A DNA stretch of 64,000 bases from Octopus vulgaris (Eukaryota). Numbering within the stretch: the stretch's first letter is position 1; every line of letters begins with the position of its first letter. The stretch covers positions 95,914,001 through 95,978,000 of the forward strand of contig OX597818.1 in the NCBI GenBank assembly GCA_951406725.2. Reading direction: 5' to 3'. Both the position numbers and the translations under genes were made by a program. The notes below the pieces were generated by a model, which was not told the origin of the DNA, ran no database searches, and saw only the letters and a program-made list of their open reading frames with translations. Below, piece by piece: positions 25,895 to 36,803 of this stretch.

Positions 25895-26481
25895 CACACA
25901 CATGACAGGCTTCTGTCAGTTTCTGTCTACCAAATCCACTTACAAGGCTTGTGTCAGCCTGACACTATAGTAGAAGACACTTTGCCCAAGGTGCCACGCA
26001 GTGGGACTGAACTCAGAACCATGTGGTTTGCAAGTAAACTTCTTACCACCCAGTCACGTCTAATGTGGGGAAAATCAACTGTTTTGCTATCGACTGCTAC
26101 AGAATCAGGACAAAGATGAAGTAATTAGAGAAATTGTTTTATTTAAAACAAAACATCCTGAAATATATTACTTAATTAGAACTGTTTATGGGTGGTAATT
26201 ATGTAACTGAGAATACTGCTAATGACCGACTGATGTAATCTGTTATTATGAAGTTAGGCAGAGGATGGTACATAAGTGTATAAAGTGCATATGACAAAGC
26301 ATTTTGTTTGTCTGTCATACTATTAATTCTGCCAAGACTGGAGGAGAAGAAGAAGATGGTGGTGGTGGTGGTGGTGTAGTAGGAGTGCTGGTGATGATGG
26401 TTATGATGATGATGATAGTGTTATGAAATATTTCAATATACATAGGTACAAAGGCAGTGAGCTGGAAGAATTGTTAGCATG

Positions 26482-26866
26482 TGCAGGAGTGGCTGTGTGG
26501 TAAGTAGCTTCCTTACCAACCACATGGTTCTGGGTTCAGTCCCACTGCATAGCACCTTGGGCAAGTGTCTTCTACTATAGCCTTGGGCTGACCAAAGCCT
26601 TGTGAGTGGATTTGGTAGACGGAAACTGAAAGAAACCCTTCTTATATATGTATATATATATGTGTGTGTCTGTGTTTGTCCCCCCAATATTGCTTGACAA
26701 CCGATGCTGGTGTGTTTACATCCCCTTAACGTAGCGGTTCAGTAAAATAGACTGATAGAATAAGTATTAGGCTTCCAAAGAATAAGTCCTGGGGTCGATT
26801 TGCTTGACTAAAGGTGGTGCTCCAGCATGACCACAGTCAAATGACTGAAACAAGTAAAAGAGAGTA
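26482..26866 (+). mobile_element. Composite SINE nested inside another SINE
   Basis: The host SINE head aggcagtgagctggaagaattgttagcatg (~26452-26481) resumes at ~26866 with atgccaggaaaatgcttagcggcattt...ttctgagttcaaattc. Confidence 0.75.
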
Positions 26867-27151
26867 TGCCAGGAAAATGCTTAGCGGCATTTTGTCCGTC
26901 TTTATGTTCTGAGTTCAAATTCTGCTGAGGTTGTCCTTTTGGGGTTGTCAGTGATGATGTTTGCATATCTTGTTAACAAGATCTGTGTAGTAAGAAGTTT
27001 GCTTCTGAACCACATGGTTCCAGGTTCAGTCCCACTGTGTGGCATCTTGGGCAAGTGACCTCTACAATAGCCTTGGACTGACTAAAGCCTTGTGGGTAGA
27101 TTTAGTAGATTATACATATATATATATATACATATGTATGTATTATGTATG

Positions 27152-27201
<50 letters not shown>

Positions 27202-27211
27202 ATCATTTAAC

Positions 27212-27265
<54 letters not shown>

Positions 27266-27269
<4 letters not shown>

Positions 27270-27634
27270 CAGTTGTATACTGTCAACTTAACATGACAGT
27301 CCCATAAAGGGAATCACACCACCACTATTTAGCCCTAGGAAGCATCAATGCTTCCTGTCAGCCTTGACACGTTTCCTGTGTCCTTATGTTTACAAGGGGG
27401 AGACAAGCACCCCCACCCAGCTAGGCCTGCATCCAGAGACATGTTTCTGAGTCTTGCTCGTCATCAGTCTGGAGTAGCATGGCTTGCTAGCTGCCGATGC
27501 CCGTCTAGACCTTGTAAACATATATAATTCCAGTGAAATAAATCCACTGATCACAAAAATATCTCAGAGAGATATAAGCAGTGGTGGTATGATAGAGCAG
27601 TTGTATACTGTCAACTTAACGTGACAGTCCCATA
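27266..27634 (-). mobile_element. Non-autonomous Penelope-like/retrozyme-like element: 328-bp unit plus 41-bp terminal direct repeat
   Basis: agagcagttgtatactgtcaacttaac.tgacagtcccata at 27266-27306 and 27594-27634, with a hammerhead motif inside. Confidence 0.65.
27432..27473 (-). ncRNA. Minimal type-I hammerhead ribozyme motif
   Basis: The - strand reads TCCAGA CTGATGA CGAG CAAGA CTCA GAAAC AT GTC TCTGGA: perfect 6-bp stem I, both core boxes, palindromic ACATGT stem III and a GUC triplet. The first pair of stem II is mismatched. Confidence 0.75.
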
Positions 27635-27668
27635 CATATATATATATTTACACATATATCTGTGTGTG

Positions 27669-27699
<31 letters not shown>

Positions 27700-28174
27700 T
27701 TACACATATATCTGTATATATGTGTGTGTGTGTGTACAATTAAAGATAACATACAAAAGATTACAACCAGTGGCTCTGCACTTTTAAAGTCCTCTGGTAT
27801 AATAAAAGTAACCTCTAACTTGGAAACTAAGTAAGGGTTGGTGGCAGGAAGAGCATTCAGCTGTGGAACCCTGCATCAAATAAGTCCCCATCAACCTTAT
27901 GCTAGCATGAAAAATGTATCTTTTTTTATATATCTTTTTAACTGCGTTAGTCATTAGACTGTGGCCATGCTGGAGTACCATCTTGAAGAATTTTTTAGAC
28001 GAACAAATTAACCCAGTAATTACTTTTTTAAGTCTGGTTCATATTCTATTGGTCTCTTTTGCCAAACGGCTATGTCATGAGGATGTAAACATACCAACAC
28101 CAGCTGTCAAGCAGTGGTGGAGGGGACAAACACAGACACAAAGACACACACATACACACACACATACATATATG

Positions 28175-28232
<58 letters not shown>

Positions 28233-28491
28233 ACGTGGTCGATGCCAGTGCCTCCTAACTGGCTCCCATGCCAGTGCCTCCTAACTGGCTCCCATGCCAG
28301 TGACACGTAAAAAGCACCCACCACATTCTTGGAGTGGTTAAAATTTTGGAAGGGCATCCAGCTGTAGACACCTTGCCAGATTACATTGGAGCCTCGTGCA
28401 GCCTACTGGCTTGCCAGTCCTCAGTCAAACTGTCCCAACCCATGCCAGCATAGAAAGTGGACGTTAAATGATGTTGATGATGATGATGGTA

Positions 28492-28530
<39 letters not shown>

Positions 28531-28542
28531 ATTTACCTTATC

Positions 28543-28841
28543 ATTTGTGAAGAAGATTTTTACCAATCATTTATATCAGATGTCTTTCTTTGAAACATAA
28601 AGAACTATACATGGCATTCGATATTCTTGTATCTATTTGGCTGGGTGGTAAGAAATTTACTTCCCAACCACATGGTTCTTGGGTTCAGTCCTACTGCATG
28701 GCACCTTAGGCAAGTGTCTTCTGCTATAGCCTCATGTCAACTAAAGTTTTAAGAGTTGATTTGGTAGACAAAAACTGAAAACAAGCCTGTCATATATGTA
28801 TGTATATTAGACAAAAACTGAAAACAAGCCTGTCATATATG

Positions 28842-28885
<44 letters not shown>

Positions 28886-29141
28886 CATATATGACAGGCT
28901 TGTTTTCAGTTTTTGCCTACCAAATCAACTCTTAAAACTTTAGTTGACATGAGGCTATAGCAGAAGACACTTGCCTAAGGTGCCATGCAGTAGGACTGAA
29001 CCCAAGAACCATGTGGTTGGGAAGTAAATTTCTTACCACCCAGCCAAATAGATACAAGAATATCGAATGCCATGTATAGTTCTTTATGTTTCAAAGAAAG
29101 ACATCTGATATAAATGATTGGTAAAAATCTTCTTCACAAAT
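28543..29141. repeat. ~600-bp near-perfect palindrome centred on (TA)n
   Basis: atttgtgaagaagatttttacc... at 28543 is the reverse complement of ...ggtaaaaatcttcttcacaaat ending at 29141. The arms include a SINE head and unique sequence. Confidence 0.92.
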
Positions 29142-29567
29142 TGTTAATGATTTTAAATGAAAAAATAAGACAACCTGGGAATGGTAAGATGTAGTATTGA
29201 GAGAAAAACCATTGATGCTTTCATAAGACTTTGTGTCTGGCAAGTTCTGGAGTATTTTAGCTTTTAGTCTGTTCCGGATATGGTATGAGTTAGGTGCAGG
29301 AATCCACAACTGATATAAGTGGATCACAGCTGGAGCTTCCAGAACTAGAGGAAAAAGAATATGCACTCCTGCTTTCCATCACCACTACCACGACCAAACA
29401 AACCCATTAAGAATAGGAAAATTCTGAAGAAATGAAGGAAGGCCGAGAGAGATTCTAGAAAAAAGTCTTACTTCAACTTTGATAAGGTAAATCAATGTTT
29501 CCTCAATCAATAAATGGATGGAATCCAACAGAGTAACCATTCCTTGTGAGACTATAAAGTTGAGGAT

Positions 29568-30010
29568 AACCACCACCGCCGCCGCTGCCGGCGGCGGCGG
29601 CACCACCACTACCACCATCACTACCACCACTGCCACTACCACCATTGCCACCACAACCACTGCCACTACCACCACCGTCACTGCCACCACCACCACCGTT
29701 GCCACTGCTGCCATCGCTACTGCCGCCATCGCCACTGCTGCCACCACCACTGTCACCACCATTGTCACCACCACCATCACTGCCATCACCACCACTATCA
29801 GTATCACCATTGCCACCACTACCACCACTGCCACCACCACCACCGTTACTTGCTATCACTTTCATCAGCCAGCACCAGCACCACTATCACCACCATAATC
29901 ATCTGTTTCTTTCTATTACTTCCATCACTATCACCATCACTACCATCTCACCACAACCAGCACAGCCACCACCACCACTGCCACCACCACCACCACCACC
30001 ACCACCACTG
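29568..30010 (+). repeat. (CCA/CCG)n trinucleotide low-complexity tract
   Basis: Visible triplet repeats that give poly-T/P/G/V/H ORFs in several frames. Confidence 0.9.
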
Positions 30011-30092
30011 CAATTATCCTAACAACAACAACAACATCTCCATTATTTGAAATATAATCATAAAGCACCCTCAACCACAACAACAGCAACAA

Positions 30093-30450
30093 GTGGAGGT
30101 GCAATGGCCCAATGGTTAGGACAGTGGACTTGCAGTCGGAGCATCACGGTTTCGATTCCCAGACCGGGCGTTGTGTGTGTTTATTGAGGGAAAACACCTA
30201 AAGCACTACGAAGCTCCAGCAGGGGTGGTGGCGACCCCTGTTGTATTCTTTCGCTCCAACTTTCACTCTTTCTTCTTGTTTCTTGTCCCCGACTTCCTAC
30301 GCAACCGCTGAGCCTGGATGTGCATTCATCCATCGATGCTCTCAGTGTCGGGGGTTGACCCGCTTTCTCTTCTGCGGGTCTTACGAATAGCAAAGGACCT
30401 TGTATCGGACTTCTCCTAGTACAGAGGCACGATCTTGTGAGCTCTGGGAC
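30093..30450 (+). mobile_element. tRNA-derived SINE
   Basis: A box tggcccaatgg and B box gtttcgattcc at tRNA-like spacing, followed by a SINE body. Confidence 0.65.
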
Positions 30451-30465
30451 GAAGACTACTACGCT

Positions 30466-30497
<32 letters not shown>

Positions 30498-30629
30498 ACA
30501 ACCTCACCAACAATTACAACAACTACTACAATTACAACAGCCACACTATGACTCAACAAAAGAGCCTTTTTGTGGGCACTCAATCTGTTACAAATAGAAG
30601 ACTAATCTCCCTCAAATCACACTTATTAT

Positions 30630-30830
30630 ATATAGTTAATCCAAACCTGAAAACACAAAGAGAAAACACAACAATGCGAGGACGTGGAACAAGTATAGTA
30701 TTATTGGACACTCAGGAAAGAAGGAGGGTTTAATGTTTCGAGCGGAGCTCTTTGTCAGAAACATAGGAAAAGGAAAGATCCAAAGAAGGGAAGACGGAGG
30801 AAAAAAATCGCCAACGGTACACACGTGGTA
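30630..30830 (-). mobile_element. Penelope-like terminal fragment with degenerate hammerhead motif (30728-30762)
   Basis: The - strand reads GTTT CTGACAA A GAGC TCC GCTC GAAAC ATT AAAC; the deviations are consistent with CpG decay. Confidence 0.5.
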
Positions 30831-31209
30831 GTGAATCTAATGGTTTCTCTGTGTTTTTAAATGGCTTATAAACACTTTCCACGCTGCAATTGTTTTTGTT
30901 TCAGCACACGATTTCAGATCAGGTCACTTGCTATGTAAGTACATCTCAGCAATATATATATATATTTGAAAAAAGAAACTAAAGTGTAAAATTTGTTACT
31001 AAAAAAAATTTTTTTAAATATAAAATAAACTGATTATAACTACCAGCGAAGTTATCCTTTTCCTTTTTTCAAATAAACCTAACTGTACCAAGTATCTCAC
31101 ACATTTTTCACTATGAGCCTGGAGCGGCCCCTGGCTTCCCAGACCCGGTCGAACCGTCCAACCCGTGCTAGCGCGGAAAGCGGACGTTAAACGATGATGA
31201 TGATGATGA

Positions 31210-31253
<44 letters not shown>

Positions 31254-31346
31254 ATATGTATGTGTATATATATATGTATGTATTTATGTATGTATATATA
31301 TATATGTATGTATATATGTATATATATATATATATACATACATACA

Positions 31347-32025
31347 TATGAGAGGGATGACCACTATGTGGATAACCCTTATACTAGAAGTAGATCTGCT
31401 ATGGTCTTACCACAAGGAAATGTTCTCAAGAAAAATTTAGCAAACACCAGAATGTAAACAAGCAAGACAAATGAAAATTAACAAAATACAGATTATTCAC
31501 ATACAAGTTTCACTATTAACAGATTACGTATATTTACTTACACAATTGTCTGTAGATCTTCAGTGTGACCATCCATACAAATATAATTTGCAGAACTATA
31601 TACGAGGATGTCTGCACGAGGTCAGATTTGTGTCTAGTTCTACCTATTACACTTGCAGTTATTTTTCAAAAGTCCTCGTTTTGGCGCGCTAAATTACCAG
31701 AAAGTGGCTTTTGCTGGTTATCAATTTAAATTTAAATTAAATTTAAAATGAGGGTGAGAAATTGGATATTAATTTAATTAACATCAATTTAACACCAGTG
31801 GTCTAGCATATTAAAATCTGAAAGTTCAGTAAATTGTATTATATACGTATGAGAGGGATGACCACTATGTGGACAACCCTTATGCTAGAAGTAGATCCGC
31901 TATGATCTTACCACTAGGAAATGTCCTCAAAAAAAATTTAGCAAACACCAGAACGTAAGCGAGCAAAACAAATGAAAAGTAACAAAATACAGATTATTCA
32001 CATGTGTTTCACTATTAACAGATTA
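31347..32025 (-). mobile_element. Partial-tandem Penelope-like/retrozyme-like element (~500-bp unit plus ~178-bp repeat)
   Basis: tatgagagggatgaccactatgtgga...cactattaacagatta at ~31347-31526 and ~31848-32025, with a hammerhead motif at 31497-31568. Confidence 0.65.
31497..31568 (-). ncRNA. Type-I hammerhead ribozyme motif with long stem II
   Basis: The - strand reads TCACA CTGAAGA TCTACAGA...TCTGTTAATAGT GAAAC TT GTA TGTGA: 5-bp stem I, CUGANGA and GAAA boxes, GUA triplet. Confidence 0.6.
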
Positions 32026-32029
32026 TTTA

Positions 32030-32281
32030 ATTTTACTGTTCTCAGATTGACACCCAAACACTCCTAAATGTTCATATTGGAGCTTCTGGCATGAATGCCA
32101 AACAGTACAGCATGTTGTTTCCAAATTTCTGGGAGAATTAATTGTGTCATGGTGCTGTTTTACCCACAATTGGTGCCCAACTGACCCTACTATACTGTGT
32201 AGTCGACAAAATCAAAAGCAAGCAATGTGAATAAGTGAAATTAAAAATATAAAATGGTGACAATTTACCCATTGCACCCTG
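32030..32281 (-). mobile_element. End fragment of the Tc1/mariner family seen at 55101-55925
   Basis: ...aaaatggtgacaatttacccattgcaccctg is the reverse complement of the left end at 55101. Confidence 0.7.
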
Positions 32282-32820
32282 AGTATAGCTATTTATCTAT
32301 CTATCTAGCTATATATATATATCAGGTCATCCTGTAAGTTCTGTCCGATTTTACCTTTTTTAAAATTGAAGGAAATTTAATAGTATTTTAGAATAAAATG
32401 GAATTAAAAATTATTTTTATGCATTTGTGTACATTTAAACTAATTGAATATTATTTTACAGAATAATAGAATTAAAATTTCTTTGATTAAAACCCTTTCT
32501 AACATGGAAGTATCCAAAGAGCATTTAAGGCACATAATGCTTTATGAGTATATGGAAAAAACGGTTCTCTCTATCTGGTGGGATTGCAAAGGAGTAATTC
32601 ACTTTGAATTGTTACCACCTAATGCGACAATCAATGCTCAAGTCTACTGTCAGCAATTAGAGTGTTTGAATCAAGTTTTGAAGAAAAAAAAGACCTGCTT
32701 TAGTGCATCGAAAAGGGGTGATGTTTCATCAGGACAATGCGCGACCCCAAACTGCAAAATCACATCACAGAAGATCGAAGAGCTTGGTTGGGAAAAAATT
32801 CCTCATCCACCTTATTCTCC

Positions 32821-33097
32821 TGTGATAGATGTGGTGAAAAGGAGCGTAACAGAACAAGGAAAAGAATTAGAAGTGTAATTTGGTCTTACCTGTAGAGATG
32901 AAGCCGGATTCGCCTTGAGCCAACTTGCTAGCGTCTTGTCGTCTTGGCGTCGTTCTCGAGTCTGGCTGCCCTCGTCGATGCCGCACGTGCGTTCTCTCGC
33001 TGACTTCTGCTTCCGCCCGCGCATGCGCCCTGCGAGACCTGCAAGACCCACTTCCGCTCCCTCCCTCTCTGTCACACTCCCTCATCACCACACCACA
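32821..33097 (-). repeat. 3' LTR
   Basis: No difference from 36804-37080 found by eye. Preceded on the - strand by a short purine tract. Confidence 0.97.
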
Positions 33098-33110
33098 CGC
33101 CCCCTGATCT
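33098..33110 (-). other. Polypurine tract (short, AGATCAGGGGGCG)
   Basis: Directly abuts the TG of the 3' LTR on the - strand and overlaps a perfect 14-bp palindrome tgatctatagatca (33105-33118). Confidence 0.7.
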
Positions 33111-33132
33111 ATAGATCACTGAACCGGCTTCC

Positions 33133-36041
33133 TCACTCGCTCCCGCACCTGAAACTGGTTTCGTAGTCAGCCAACCAGGGAGGAGGGTGCCGCTCCCTCT
33201 GTGGTCGCAGTGCGACCCTAGGACTTGTTTCTGGCGTGTTGCTGCCGACCTCGTCATCCTGTCTGTTGTTATCGTCTTGCCCACTGTTGCTCGTCCCATC
33301 CTCCGGGGCATGGACAATCCTCCGTATGTCCAAAACGTGGCGTGGCATACCATCTACCGAGATGTTGTTCTTTGAATTTACGGAGGTTATTGTCCCCTTT
33401 CCCCATTGCGATGTACACCGTGCGTTCGGGGGTTTCACCCAGACTTCCTCCCCGACCTGCACGAAGGCGTGCTCTTCCTCTGCCCCGGGTCGCATTGATG
33501 TAGTACACGGATGCCTCCACTCGTACCTGAATATTGCCCTGTGTGGCACCGACTCCTCGGCCTGTCCTGATCTGGGCAACATGTTGTACCAAAACACGGC
33601 CTCGACTGGTGAAATGTGACCCCTCTCAGCCATGGCCTTGATGGTACGATGATGCCTTTCCACCACCCCGTTTCCACTTGGCCGGTATGCCGCCCTGAAG
33701 AAGCGGTTGACCTTCCACTCATCAAGCATTTCTCTCAGCGCCTCCGAGCGAAATGCAGTGCCGTTGTCCAGAAGCAGTTCATCCACGGGGCCTCGTTCCA
33801 GGAATATCTCGTTCAGCACTTTCGCAATTTCTTCTGCGGTTCCTGACCTCATCTCCCTCCATATGGCGAACCGCCCCGGTCCGCAGTCAACCATTGAGAG
33901 GTATGTCCCCTGCCGGTAGTGTGTTATGTCCACCGCCAGTCGTCTCCAGTCCTGGTCCACTGGAATACTTCCCGCTTCATGCACGACCGGAGCAGGGTCG
34001 ATGGACTGGCACCTGTCGCAACTGCTAACCACTCTCCGCACACTCTGTCTTGTTACGTCGGAGTCGACTTTTCTGGCCAGGAACAACGTCCTGTCCACAC
34101 CCATGTGATGCATGGTGTGCAGTCTCCGCAACTCCGAGTCGCTCAGATGGCATACTGCAGCTACATCCTGCTTCGCGTCCTCTGGCACTTGCAACCAGGC
34201 TCGCTTAACCCTGGTCAGGACGTCTGCCCTGTTCTTCTCGGAAGGCACAAAGATCACGCTCAGCTTCAGATTGAACTCAGTGGTCAGTTCACGCAGTATC
34301 GCCAATCGACGCTTTACCAGCATCTCTGCAGCCCCTTTGGTCCGCACCCTCCGCTCATCGGTGATGACTGCCGTCGCCCAACCAAGTACAGTGGCTGAAT
34401 CAGTCCTGATTTCTATGGTGTGCAACCCCCACTTCAAGGCTAGGTTCACCCCCTTCAGCACGGCTTCCAACTCCGCCACATTGATGTGACTGCAGTCATC
34501 CATCTTCCTGAGCCAGGCTGCATCTTCCACCGTGACACCTCCCACTTCCAAGACAATCCCTATTGCGATGCTACTGGCGTCACACCATACGATCCCGCTC
34601 TTTGATTTGGGAACGTACCAGCTGCCCCTCACCGGGTCCTCTGCTCTTACTCTGACCAGGACTTCCTGCATCATGTCGATCGTCCTCTCCCCCACTTTGT
34701 CATTCCACTTCACTCCTTCGGCTCGTCTCTTGATGAAGCTGCATGCTGTCCGGAGCCAGCCTGCAATCGGGTAGTGTCCCACCAGCTTCCCACACACAGA
34801 GAACAGCTCCCGTCTACTCATGCTGGCGCCCAGTTCAGGGATCTCATTCCCTCGCCGGAACACCAGGGCGCCGGCTTTGTCTCTCCATAGCTTGAGGCCC
34901 AGTGCAGCACCTCCCTCCATAGCCTCTGGCGGCTTGGCGATCAGTCCAAAACTCTTCAGGTGGCCTATGACCTCCGTTGCTGGTATCACGGTTTCATCCA
35001 CCAGAATGTCGTCGATGTATGAATTGGTGGCCCTTTTTACTCTGTCCACCTTCCCCAGGACGGCCTTGAGAATTGTTGCCATAATCTTCGGAGCTGAATT
35101 CAGCCCGAATCCCAACCTGGTCAGACAGTACGTCCGGCCCCTATACCTGACGAGCTGGTACCTCCATAGTTTCTCAGCCACATCAACCTGAAGGTATGCC
35201 GACTTCAAATCGACAATCGTGGAGGCCCCCGCCGTCTGCCTCCACTCTCGCAAGGTGTCTCCGCAGACATCCGTGGCCTCGCCGCCTGTGTGACACGACA
35301 CGTGGTCATTCAGCTCTCGGAAGTCGAGCACTGGCCTGACCTTACGCTTTGTGGGCTGTATCACCGCCATCAGTGGCAGGACTCCGCTCTCTTCTTTTTC
35401 CCAGGGGATCAGTATGCCCTCCTTAATCCACCGCTCCACCTCCCCCTCGAACTCACTTCTGGCATCTCCTTTTAGAGTATGCTGATAGCAGCCCACTTTG
35501 TTCTTTAACGTCGGGGGCTCTCCCTTCCAGTGCCACTCCACTGTCCACCTCTCGCCATCAAAGACAGCCCGAAAATCCTGGTCTTCAATGGTGTGCGCCG
35601 CATCCATTTCCTCACGGTCGTCGTCGGTGCGTGGTGTCGCCCTACACGGCTTCCCTGCTAGCCCAAACGTTACGCCAGCCTCGTTGACGGTAACACCTCC
35701 CAGACGGGTGATCGCATCCATCCCCATCACCACGTCGATCTCGTCCACCAAGTGACCGACCACAATCGCTCGCAACGTCAGCTGCAGTCCCTGCACCACG
35801 ATCTGCGCATCCGTAACCCCTTCGCAGTGCACTTCTCTTCCGTCGACTGCCCTGACACTGCTTCCTCCACTCCAAGTCTCTGCCACTTCTGTGGTCATCA
35901 GGGTCGTCGTACAGCCCGTGTCCACCAGGGCTCGCGACATCTTCCCCTTCACCAGAATGTCGACCACAGGTAACGATGAGAAACGCGCCGCTACTAATCC
36001 AAAGGGACAACTATCGGCGCAGTAGTCTCCCGCGGTCCGTT
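33133..36041 (-). CDS. pol: Pol polyprotein (aspartic protease, reverse transcriptase, RNase H, integrase), expressed by predicted -1 frameshift
   Basis: Uninterrupted ORF (33133-36093 in the track). Motifs: ALVDTGCTT (protease); VDLKSAYLQ, RLGFGLNSAP and YIDDILV (RT); CDASS...AELEAV...TDS...NRADVLTR (RNase H); H..HH...CDRC zinc domain with VDITH / LLDNG / VERHHR DDE (integrase). Confidence 0.97.
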
Positions 36042-36045
36042 TCCC
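35978..36045 (-). promoter_or_regulatory. -1 programmed ribosomal frameshift signal: slippery heptamer plus H-type pseudoknot
   Basis: G GGA AAC (36045-36039) is in the gag frame, followed by a 7-nt spacer and stem GGGAGACTA/TAGTTGTCCC. Loop GCGCCG is complementary to downstream CGGCGC, and pol is in the -1 frame relative to gag. Confidence 0.85.
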
Positions 36046-36750
36046 CGCAGACACTCGCTGGCCACATGCCCCGGCTCTCGGCACCGGTAGCAAATCACCT
36101 CGGGCTTGGGCGACGCGCAGTCACGGACCATGTGTGGGCCCTGGCACCGGAAACACTGTCCCTTAAACGACCGCACGCGTTCTTTCCCCAGCCCCTCTCC
36201 GTTGCTCCTAGCTGGGCCACTTTTCGACGTTGCAGTCGCTGCTACCGACGTCGACCTGCTGCACGACACCAGTACACGTGCCCGCGATATAATCTCGCCC
36301 ATCGGCATCGAACGCACGTTCGGGAGCTTCTGTAGCTCGACCGACATGATGTCGGGAAAGCCGGTCACGAACGCTAACCTGACCGTGCGTTCTAGCGACT
36401 CTCCCTCATATCCCGCAAGTTTTGCCAACCTTCTAAGCTCGCCGGCGAACACGTCCACCTGCTGTCCTGTCCACCTCATCCTACCCAGTCGAGTGTACGC
36501 TTCGAACATTCCTTCCGCGAAGGCCTCCATAAGTCGGATCTCCACCTTGTCCGCGCTGCGTTGGTCCGCTTCCTCCATCTCCAGATATAACGCCAACGCC
36601 GGGCCATCCAAATACAACGGCATAAAACTAGCCAGGTCAGCTATGCCGTGTAGCTTCGCCACCAACTTCACCCTCCTCAACCAAGCGACCACGTCGGTGT
36701 CGCCGCAAAACGGTGTTTATAGGGTCGCGTGAAATCATAGCAGTCTGCAT
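35994..36750 (-). CDS. gag: Gag with two CCHC zinc knuckles; one extra nucleotide near codon 11-12 separates the ATG from the body
   Basis: Body ORF 35994-36692 has CFRCQGPHMVRDC and CYRCREPGHVASEC. ATG at 36750 in A-rich context reads MQTAMISRDPI and is one base out of frame with (T)PFCGDTDVVAWLRRVKLVAKL. Confidence 0.88.
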
Positions 36751-36791
36751 AATTTTTATTTTTTATTTTCACGAAACCGAGTGATTATTTT

Positions 36792-36803
36792 GCCGAAATA
36801 GCT
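36792..36803 (-). promoter_or_regulatory. Non-canonical primer-binding site complementary to nt 1-12 of tRNA-Phe(GAA)
   Basis: The - strand AGCTATTTCGGC directly follows the LTR CA. The + strand GCCGAAATAGCT equals the 5' end of animal cytosolic tRNA-Phe (GCCGAAAUAGCUCAG...). No TGG-starting PBS is present. Confidence 0.8.

Noticed and set aside
29385-30050. Gly-, Pro-, Thr- and His-rich ORFs
   Set aside because: Open in many frames on both strands because of (CCA)n repeats, with no splice or homology support.
32812-33166. Short ORFs in the LTRs and antisense ORFs across pol
   Set aside because: Expected by chance in GC-rich, stop-poor sequence; no recognisable motifs.
36715-36803. AT-rich stretch between the 5' LTR and gag first looked like a foreign mariner end (TA-tagggtcgcgtg...) replacing the PBS
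   Set aside because: It contains the true gag ATG (MQTAMISRDPI, one base out of frame) and the tRNA-Phe-complementary site, so it is native leader sequence.
36792-36803. Tf1-type self-priming site
   Set aside because: No complement of AGCTATTTCGGC was found in the LTR; the match is to tRNA-Phe instead.
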